A stretch of 32,000 nt of DNA from Schaalia meyeri (GCF_900105015.1 NZ_FNLK01000010.1:90001-122000); one strand, 5' to 3'. Counted from the stretch's first letter, positions 8,019 to 15,069 are shown. Notes: generated by a model not told the origin, from the sequence alone. Numbers and translations are program-made.

Positions 8019-9232
8019 TCCCCATGTCCAGACGCGCAATGTTTTGGCGGATGGTCACCTCTTCCATCCTCCGCCGCCGCTCCCGCGTCCTCATCGCTGT
8101 CCTCGCTGTCGCCATCGGCGCGACCACCCTGTCCGGCCTGGTTACCATCGCCGTGGACGTTCCCGCGCAGATGGCCCGCGAGATCCGCTCGTACGGCGCC
8201 AACCTCGTTCTCACCCCCAGCGGGGATGGGACCATCACGGACGAGGCCGTGGCCGCGGCTACCGCCCAGGTGCCCTCGGGTGCCCTCGTTGGCTCCGCCG
8301 CGTTCGACTACGAGACCGTTACCATTAACGAACAACCGTACGTCGCGGGTGGCACCGACCTCGACGCCGTTCGGTCGATGAACCCCTTCTGGTTCGTGGA
8401 CGGTGCGTGGCCGGATGCCGCCGGCCAGGTGCTCGTGGGCGAACAGATCGCCTCCACGATCGGCGTCAAGGCCGGAGATGCGATCACCGTCAGTCAGCTC
8501 GACGGCGGCGCCTCCGCGAAGGCCGCCCGGGCCAGCGGCCAGCAGTCCGGTCCCGCGGACGCGTCCCAGGCCTCGTCCCTGTCCGTCGATCCGCGCACCG
8601 TGACACTGCGCGTGGCCGGGATCCTCAAGACCGGCGGAAACGAAGACGGCTACCTGTACATGTCCACCCAGGACATGTCCGCCCTCACCGGGGCCCCCGT
8701 GGCCGTGTCCATCGCGGAATACTCCATCGCGCTCGAGGGCGCGCAGCTGGGCGCAGTCGCCGACGCCATGAACGCGGCAAACCCCGACATCCACGCCCAG
8801 ACCGTGCGACGCCTCGCACAATCGGACACGGGAGTCCTCGACATGCTCCGATCGCTGCTGCTGGTCATCACCGCCATCGTCCTGGCCCTGACCATGATCG
8901 GCGTGTCCACCACGATGATCGCCGTCGTCACCGAACGACGCAACGAGATAGGCCTGCGCAAGGCGCTGGGGGCCACCGCGCGATCCATCACCTCCGAGTT
9001 CATGGGCGAAGGCGTCATGCTCGGTGCGATCGGCGGAATTATCGGCGCGGGGGCCGGATACGCCCTGGCGGCCCTGATCTCCCACTCCGTGTTCCACCGC
9101 TCGATCTCCCTGCATCCCGTCATCTGGATCGCCACCGTCGCGTGCTCGATCCTCATCGCCGTCCTCGCCTGCCTCCCGCCCGTGCGCCGCGCACTGGCCG
9201 TTGACCCCGCGCTCGTCCTGCGTGGAGAATGA
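8015..9232 (+). CDS. ABC transporter permease, FtsX/MacB type (second paralogue)
   Basis: Same architecture, with TERRNEIGLRKALGATARSI. The start is GTG 8015 or ATG 8024. The stop overlaps the ATPase start (ATGA at 9229-9232). Confidence 0.85.
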   Translation: MIPMSRRAMFWRMVTSSILRRRSRVLIAVLAVAIGATTLSGLVTIAVDVPAQMAREIRSYGANLVLTPSGDGTITDEAVAAATAQVPSGALVGSAAFDYETVTINEQPYVAGGTDLDAVRSMNPFWFVDGAWPDAAGQVLVGEQIASTIGVKAGDAITVSQLDGGASAKAARASGQQSGPADASQASSLSVDPRTVTLRVAGILKTGGNEDGYLYMSTQDMSALTGAPVAVSIAEYSIALEGAQLGAVADAMNAANPDIHAQTVRRLAQSDTGVLDMLRSLLLVITAIVLALTMIGVSTTMIAVVTERRNEIGLRKALGATARSITSEFMGEGVMLGAIGGIIGAGAGYALAALISHSVFHRSISLHPVIWIATVACSILIAVLACLPPVRRALAVDPALVLRGE

Positions 9233-10044
9233 GAGAACCCATGAACACGCCCGATAACCCCACCGACTCGAACGAATCGGGCGAGGCGGCCCACGCCTCG
9301 TCAAAGGACACGCTGCTCGCCCTCGAAGGCGTCTCCAAGATCTACGGCGACCTGCACGCGCTGGACAACGTTTCGCTGGAGATCCCGCGCGGCCAGTGGG
9401 TGTCCATCGTCGGACCCTCCGGCAGCGGCAAGACGACCCTCATGAACATCGTCGGGGCTATGGACACCGCCACGAAGGGCACCGTCACCCTGGACGGCCG
9501 CGACATCTCCGACTTGACCGCCGACGAACTCACCGAGGTGCGCTGCCGGACCATCGGGCTGGTTTTTCAACAGTTCCACCTCATCGGGCACCTCACCGCC
9601 CTCGAAAACGTCATGGTCGCCCAGTACTATCACTCGATGCCCGACGAAAAGGAAGCCCTGGAGGCGCTGGACCGGGTGGGCCTGGCCGACCGCGCCACGC
9701 ACCTGCCCCGCCAGCTCTCCGGCGGCGAACAGCAGCGAGTGTGCGTGGCCCGCGCGCTCATCAACTACCCGAAGCTGGTCCTCGCCGACGAGCCGACCGG
9801 CAACCTGGACGAAACCAACGAAGAGATCGTCCTCGACCTGTTCAACCAGCTCCACCGTGACGGCACGACCCTCATGGTCGTCACCCACGACGCGCTGGTC
9901 GCCGAACAGGGACAACGCGAGATTCGACTGGACCACGGCAGGGTCGTTAAAGAGACGTGGCACGACCACGACGTACGCGCCTGCGACGCGGCAGGCCCCG
10001 GAGACAGCGATGCACAGCGCAGCGGAAAGGACAAGGTGCGATGA
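9229..10044 (+). CDS. ABC transporter ATP-binding protein (MacB/LolD-like)
   Basis: Walker A GPSGSGKTT, Q-loop, signature LSGGEQQR, Walker B LVLADEPTGNLD, H-loop VTHD. The stop overlaps the next start (ATGA at 10041-10044). Confidence 0.95.
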   Translation: MREPMNTPDNPTDSNESGEAAHASSKDTLLALEGVSKIYGDLHALDNVSLEIPRGQWVSIVGPSGSGKTTLMNIVGAMDTATKGTVTLDGRDISDLTADELTEVRCRTIGLVFQQFHLIGHLTALENVMVAQYYHSMPDEKEALEALDRVGLADRATHLPRQLSGGEQQRVCVARALINYPKLVLADEPTGNLDETNEEIVLDLFNQLHRDGTTLMVVTHDALVAEQGQREIRLDHGRVVKETWHDHDVRACDAAGPGDSDAQRSGKDKVR

Positions 10045-10637
10045 GCGCTCGAATCAATCACGATGGCCACACCCCCGGAGCTGCCCGGTGGAGGGCACCC
10101 GCCTCCCGCGCGGCCCTCGGCGCCCTCGGGGCACTCGGGGCCACGATCCTCGCCGCGTGCCAGCCCTCCACGGGCCTCGACATGAGCAAACCCATGAGCG
10201 ATGGAACGTGGAGCGCCCAGTCCAACGCGGACGACCAGGGCTCCATCGGCACGATCACCATCACCGTCGAGGGCGGGCACATCACCGCCACCTCCTATGA
10301 GACGGCGCTGGCGGACGGCACCGACAAGGGCGCAAACTATGGAAAGAGCTCCTCCGGTGAGGTCTTTAACCAGGACTACTACAAGAAGGCCCAGGCCGCC
10401 GTCGCCTCCTACCGTGAGTACTCCGACAACCTCACCAAGGTCGGCGACCCCGCGAAGGTCGACGTCATCACGGGGGCGACCGTGGCCCACCGGCAGTTCG
10501 TTCAGGCCGCCATTCGCGCCATCGCCGCCGCCCAGGGCACTTCGCCCGACGGAGCCGACGACATCACCATCCCTGGCCTGAACGACTCCACCAAGGACGC
10601 AGGCCTGGACCAGGACCTTGGAGGCGGCGACGACTGA
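10041..10637 (+). CDS. FMN-binding-domain lipoprotein, predicted ApbE substrate
   Basis: ATG 10041 is coupled to the ATPase stop; the longer ORF from 9957 lies inside the ATPase gene. The signal peptide has lipobox ILAAC (Cys codon 10158-10160). The FMN_bind-like fold starts at DGTWSAQ. The flavinylation motif Dxx(s/t)gA(s/t) is matched exactly by DVITGAT (10461-10481). Confidence 0.85.
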   Translation: MSARINHDGHTPGAARWRAPASRAALGALGALGATILAACQPSTGLDMSKPMSDGTWSAQSNADDQGSIGTITITVEGGHITATSYETALADGTDKGANYGKSSSGEVFNQDYYKKAQAAVASYREYSDNLTKVGDPAKVDVITGATVAHRQFVQAAIRAIAAAQGTSPDGADDITIPGLNDSTKDAGLDQDLGGGDD

Positions 10638-11901
10638 CGCTTCGCCGACCTGGCGCTCCTCTTTTCCCGCGATGGGCACCCGCGTCGACATCGTCGGCTG
10701 GGGCGGGGACGGCATGGCGATCGTGAACGCCGTCGTGGAGCTGGTCGCGCGCCACGAGGAGCTGTGGAGCGTGTATCGGCCAACCTCCGAAATATCGCGG
10801 CTCAACGCGTCTGGCCGGGTGGGCCAGGCAGGGGCCGGTGGAGTCGACGTCGGCGCAGGGGACCGGGGTTCCGTGGGGGCGGATGACCCGCTCAGGGGGG
10901 CAGGCCTGGTGGTGCAGGGCGGCCATGGCCTGGTCGTTAGTGCCGACACCGACCGCCTGCTGGAGGACGCGCTGGCGCTCGCGCGCGCCACGGGCGGAGC
11001 CTTCAATCCGCTGATCGGGCCGCTCGTTGCCGCGTGGGACGTCAAGGCCATGCGCGCCGCCTACCTCGCCGGCGCTCCGCTTCCGCCCGCTCCCGGACCG
11101 GCCCGCATCCGGGCGGCGCTGCGCGCATCCGACTCGGGGCTGCTCGTGCGAATCGGCCAGCGGCGCTGGCTGCTGCGGGCGCCGGGAGACCGGCCAGATG
11201 CGGCCTCGGGCGGTCATCCGGGCGGTGGGCGCGGCCGCACCCCGGGCGCTGCACCGGGGGTCTTCCCGAGCGTTGACCTGGGCGGCGTCGCAAAAGGCTA
11301 CACGGCCGACGCGTGCCGCGACCTGGCCGTGGACCTGGGGGCCGCGGGGGTGCTCGTGTCGGTGGGTACCTCGTCCGTGGCCGCCTTCGGTACCCGTGCG
11401 GACGGTTCGCCGTGGCGCGTGGGGGTGCGTGACCCCGACGGGGCACCCACTGACGTGTGCGGCGTGGTCGAGTTGCCCGCGGATGGCATGGCGTCCCTGT
11501 CGACGTCGGGGGATAACCTGGGGCCGCTGGGGGCCCACGTCGCGGGAGCGGCAGATTCGGGCGCCTCGGCCGCGTCCGGTTGCGCAGCGGCGGTTCCCGC
11601 CGACCAGGCGCGCGCCGATCGGGCGGGCTCAGGCGGCTGCGGAGGTGCGCTCCCGCGCCTGCGAGACCACCACATCATCGATCCGCGGACCGGGCGTCCC
11701 GCGTGCTCGGGAGTGCGTCAGGTCAGCGTCGTCGCTTCCTCGGGTGTGCTCGCGGAGGCGCTATCCACCGCGATCCTCGTCGATCCATCCTGTGTGCGCG
11801 ACGAGGCCGCGGCGCAGCGGTCCCACGCGGGCGCCCCCGAGGGCCGGTGGCGGATCGTGCGGCTGTTTGGCGAGGCTGGGGTCAGTGGGGCTGTGGAATA
11901 G
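10618..11901 (+). CDS. apbE: ApbE-family FAD:protein FMN transferase (no detectable signal peptide)
   Basis: Motifs FPAMGTRVDI, GGAFNPLIGPL, GGVAKGYTAD, HHIIDPRTGRP and LAEALSTAILV. The start is TTG 10618. An in-frame TGA at 10579-10581 limits any N-terminal extension. The gene overlaps the FMN-binding gene by 20 nt. Confidence 0.85.
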   Translation: MEAATTDASPTWRSSFPAMGTRVDIVGWGGDGMAIVNAVVELVARHEELWSVYRPTSEISRLNASGRVGQAGAGGVDVGAGDRGSVGADDPLRGAGLVVQGGHGLVVSADTDRLLEDALALARATGGAFNPLIGPLVAAWDVKAMRAAYLAGAPLPPAPGPARIRAALRASDSGLLVRIGQRRWLLRAPGDRPDAASGGHPGGGRGRTPGAAPGVFPSVDLGGVAKGYTADACRDLAVDLGAAGVLVSVGTSSVAAFGTRADGSPWRVGVRDPDGAPTDVCGVVELPADGMASLSTSGDNLGPLGAHVAGAADSGASAASGCAAAVPADQARADRAGSGGCGGALPRLRDHHIIDPRTGRPACSGVRQVSVVASSGVLAEALSTAILVDPSCVRDEAAAQRSHAGAPEGRWRIVRLFGEAGVSGAVE

Positions 11902-12352
11902 TGGTGTCGTCGATTTGCTGGAAGCCGTCATTGGGCGGTGCGGGCGTTTGATACGCGGTGGGGTTATCCTCGATGCCGCCGTCGGGCGCCGGCGGGCACA
12001 CCCGGGCCATGGTCGATTGTCTTTTGAACCATGCCACCAGCGCGATGACGACGCCGATACAGACGTAGATGATGTGCCTGGTCGTGGGGTTGTCCGCCAG
12101 GTTCGGGGCGACCTCCTCGACGACCCTCAGGACAAGGGTGAGCATGATGACCAGGCTGGCGGCGACGACGGGGAAGCTGATGACCGCGTACAGGCGCGGG
12201 GACGTGGGGGACGCTGTGCTGGTCTTGCATCTTGATTCTGTGGGGTGGTCTGTGGGTGTTCGTGGGTGGGGGTGAAACTGTGGTCGCCCCTGCGTGGTGA
12301 TTTGGTTTGGATTTTGGGGTTTTTGGCGGTGTGGGGGTGGTGTGGGTTTCAT
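11882..12352 (-). CDS. small two-helix membrane protein, start uncertain (ATG 12352 inside the repeat, ATG 12145 or GTG 12478)
   Basis: GC3-rich coding signal and two hydrophobic helices (LYAVISFPVVAASLVIMLTLVL and HIIYVCIGVVIALVAWF). The first helix lies upstream of ATG 12145, and no ATG/GTG/TTG occurs between 12145 and 12352. This favours a start inside repeat copy 2 or a non-canonical start. The 3' end overlaps the apbE 3' end by 20 nt (convergent). Confidence 0.45.
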   Translation of the reverse strand: MKPTPPPHRQKPQNPNQITTQGRPQFHPHPRTPTDHPTESRCKTSTASPTSPRLYAVISFPVVAASLVIMLTLVLRVVEEVAPNLADNPTTRHIIYVCIGVVIALVAWFKRQSTMARVCPPAPDGGIEDNPTAYQTPAPPNDGFQQIDDTTIPQPH

Positions 12353-12487
12353 GCGGGCCTGGTTGGTTGTTGGTGTTCGTGGGTGGTGGCGGGGCCTGGC
12401 CGGGCTTCGAGATCGATCACTCCGAGCCGTCAGGCTCGCGTGTGGCGATCGAGCGGGCGGGCCACCGCCCACGGACACAAAAGAGCA
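12262..12487. repeat. direct repeat, copy 2 (right bracket of the iron module)
   Basis: See copy 1. A partial third copy of the terminal hairpin-plus-tail motif (GGGTGG-gcct-CCGCCC-acgggcacaaaaag) follows at 12514-12543. Confidence 0.9.
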
Positions 12488-12566
12488 GCAAGCAGGCAGC
12501 GTGGCAAATATCCGGGTGGGCCTCCGCCCACGGGCACAAAAAGCAACCAGAAACGACCGGGGTCTT

Positions 12567-12800
12567 CTATGCAGGTTCGGGGTCGTCTCCGTAGAGCTTA
12601 GGGAAAGGTGTCACAGGGACAGGTATGGGCTCGATCGGAGGCAAATGTGGACTGACCGCCTGTGAAGTATCGGGGTAGAAATGGGGGGCTGAGTCCGAGT
12701 TGAGGCAGTAGGGTGAGAGTTCGCGGCGCGTCTCTTCGGACGCCGGAACGCGGGGTTCTGGCGCCGAGTATTCAACGATGCGCAGGTCTTCTCTGCCCAT
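12567..12800 (-). CDS. possible 77-aa Pro-rich hypothetical protein (weak call)
   Basis: ATG at 12800, weak SD-like GGGCGG upstream, moderate GC3 and no recognisable motif. It has the same orientation as the small membrane-protein gene and lies upstream of repeat copy 2. Confidence 0.2.
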   Translation of the reverse strand: MGREDLRIVEYSAPEPRVPASEETRRELSPYCLNSDSAPHFYPDTSQAVSPHLPPIEPIPVPVTPFPKLYGDDPEPA

Positions 12801-12854
12801 TGTTTACCGCCCTGTCTGTTGATTGCTTCATGTCGCGCAGTGGTCTAACCAGGT

Positions 12855-12910
12855 GGAAGGGGTCCTTCCGCCTGTGTCCTGTGGGACACGTAATATTGTA
12901 CACGACAATA
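12855..12910. promoter_or_regulatory. cluster of three short inverted repeats in a lower-GC intergenic tract
   Basis: GGAAGG-ggt-CCTTCC (12855-12869), GTGTCC-tgtg-GGACAC (12874-12889) and TATTGT-acacg-ACAATA (12894-12910). The last contains TACAAT on the minus strand (12900-12895), ~95 nt upstream of the 77-aa ORF. Confidence 0.25.
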
Positions 12911-13221
12911 GTCATGAGTCGGCGTGATGTGCAAATAGTTGCTCAGGATGTGTCAGGATGGGATCGTGTGACAAAGGGATAGTGGTCTGGTTTTACTGAG
13001 CCACATTGCCCCGCTGTGGAGTGCGAGGAGCTGGCGCACATCTTCTGTTGACAGGTGAGGGGATGGGTATCGCTGTGATGCGATTGGATGGCCTGATGGT
13101 GGATGTATGACCAACTGATGCTTACGTGGTATCCATCGCAATGTCCCTGTGTCCTCCGAGTTTCTTTTGGAACGTATGGAACAATGGCCACGAGCGCCCC
13201 AATCATGTGGAGGAAAGATCG

Positions 13222-15069
13222 ATGGCCCTGTTTGAGTTTGAGGATGGACGCCTCGTACCCGCTCAATTCGGGTACCCGGTCGCGCACGATCTGGGACCCG
13301 AATTGGTCGACGCAATCTGCCAGCAGGTCCTGCAGATCGTGTCGCGCCCCCTGTTCCCGGTGACCTGGCGCGACATGACCGGCCAGGGTGACGAGGAGAC
13401 GCCGCGCCTGACCTCCCTGGATGTGACGGGGCAGATCGTCTCCGTCGAGATTCTCAAGGAGCTGGATTCCGAAACCCTCATCGCGTCTCTTTCTCGCTTG
13501 GCCGAGGTTGCGTCGATCTCGTGGTCCGACCTGGCCGCCGAATACCCGTCGGGTCCCGAGGGATTCCGTACGGGATGGACGCAGTTCCGCGACTCCATGC
13601 CCCCGGCCGTGGGTCCGGGGCCCAGGCTCATCATGGTGGCGGGCAGTATCGATCCCTCGGTGCGCCCCGCCTTGTCCGTCCTGGCGACGTCCGGCGTGGA
13701 GGTTCATCTGATGAACCTCCGTCAGATGTCGAACGGGCGCCTTTTCCTCGACGTGAACGCGGTGGGGCCACGCCTTTACGGCCATGCCCCGCAGGTTCTG
13801 GCCTCCGCTGCCGCCGCCCCCGAACTGACGGCCGCCGAACCGGCGGTCGGGGTCGACGGGGCGGATCGTGCCCAAACATCGGCGGAACACGATGCGCTGG
13901 ATGGCGCGGAGGATAGTGGTGAGGCGGAAGCGGAGACACCCATGACGCGCCCCACCCCGAAGGTTTCTCCGCGCCTGCGCGACGTCTTCAGCTATCCGGT
14001 GGGCGAAGAGCCCCCGGCGCCCTGGCAGCCCGGCGATGCTGACGAAACGGAGCCCGGGGCGCAGGAGGCGCCTTCCGACGGGTTCGGCGACCAGACCGTG
14101 GGCGCCCGCGGCGGTGATGAGCGGGTCGAGGCACGGGGTGAGGAACAAGAGTGCGTTGACACTATGAGCGATGCCGACCCCGACGCGGTCGAGGAGATGC
14201 CCGTGGGAGCCGCGCGCGGGCAGGTGGATGCGGCCGATGGTGAGGCCGGTGAAGCCGAGGGCCGTGGTTTGCCGGGTGCCGCGGAGCGGGTCGATCTGGG
14301 TGACTGCGAGGAGCCTGAGGATGACGCGCGGGCGGAGTCGGTTGAGGAGTGTGACCAGGCCAGCCTGGCCACTCAGGCCATCCGGGCCAAACAGGCCGAC
14401 ACGGTCGACCCGGCTGACGCGGGCGATGGTGAGGCCGGTGAAGCCGAACCCCGCGATTGGCCCGGCGCTGCCGAGCAGATCGATGCGCCCGAGCAAGCCG
14501 ATACCCCAAAGGATGACCCCATGGAAGCCGCACCCGATCAGGAAACAGTACCCGAGCAGGAGGATGCGCTCGGGGAAGAGGAGCCTCGCTGGGAGCGGCC
14601 CGCTCACCTCGGCAGCCGCGTCGCGCGCCGCGCGCAGACCGAAGAGCTCAACGACGACGGTGCGACGGACGCGGCCACGGCCTCGTTCGTGGACCGAGCC
14701 GAGGAATCCGCGGAGGTCATCCATGCCCGAGAGAATGGGGTGCCCGTCCTCAACCGCGACGAATCCGGGCTGCGCACCCTGGCGCAGATCCTCGGTGAAG
14801 ACACGCCCCTGGTGGCGCGCGGCGAACTGGGCCTGCCCTCAGACCTGGTGCTGGCGGCCAGCGGAGCCATCTCCGGTGCGGGCCTGACCTATCCGTCGCT
14901 GGAAACCCTGCTGACCGCGCGCGGACTCGGGCATATTCGCGCCTGGGCACAGGTGCGCATCGGTGACCGGTTGGGTCCGACCCTGGCGGAGGCACTCGAC
15001 GAGATCAACCGCGAGATCGTGCGCGAGTACTCGCAGGCGCCCCGTGCCCGCCGCGCGGCCAAGCACTGA
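13222..15069 (+). CDS. hypothetical 615-aa protein: NucS/PD-(D/E)xK-like N-terminal fold, acidic repeat-containing linker, RAMA-like C-terminal domain
   Basis: GGAGG at 13209-13213 lies 8 nt before ATG 13222; the upstream in-frame extension to 13126 lacks an RBS and coding character. The N-terminus MALFEFEDGRLVPAQFG...LTSLDVTGQIVSVEILKEL...ISWSDLAAEY...RLIMVAGSIDPSV follows the layout of NucS/DUF91-type nuclease folds. The middle is D/E/A/G/P-rich. The C-terminus is GLTYPSLETLLTARGLGHIRAWAQVRIGDRLGPTLAEAL. Confidence 0.75.
   Translation: MALFEFEDGRLVPAQFGYPVAHDLGPELVDAICQQVLQIVSRPLFPVTWRDMTGQGDEETPRLTSLDVTGQIVSVEILKELDSETLIASLSRLAEVASISWSDLAAEYPSGPEGFRTGWTQFRDSMPPAVGPGPRLIMVAGSIDPSVRPALSVLATSGVEVHLMNLRQMSNGRLFLDVNAVGPRLYGHAPQVLASAAAAPELTAAEPAVGVDGADRAQTSAEHDALDGAEDSGEAEAETPMTRPTPKVSPRLRDVFSYPVGEEPPAPWQPGDADETEPGAQEAPSDGFGDQTVGARGGDERVEARGEEQECVDTMSDADPDAVEEMPVGAARGQVDAADGEAGEAEGRGLPGAAERVDLGDCEEPEDDARAESVEECDQASLATQAIRAKQADTVDPADAGDGEAGEAEPRDWPGAAEQIDAPEQADTPKDDPMEAAPDQETVPEQEDALGEEEPRWERPAHLGSRVARRAQTEELNDDGATDAATASFVDRAEESAEVIHARENGVPVLNRDESGLRTLAQILGEDTPLVARGELGLPSDLVLAASGAISGAGLTYPSLETLLTARGLGHIRAWAQVRIGDRLGPTLAEALDEINREIVREYSQAPRARRAAKH

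Noticed and set aside
13126-13221. Upstream in-frame extension of the 615-aa protein (MVSIAMSLCPPSFFWNVWNNGHERPNHVEERS).
   Set aside because: It has no RBS and AT-richer non-coding-like composition. A good GGAGG precedes ATG 13222, and the MALFEF... N-terminus fits the family pattern.
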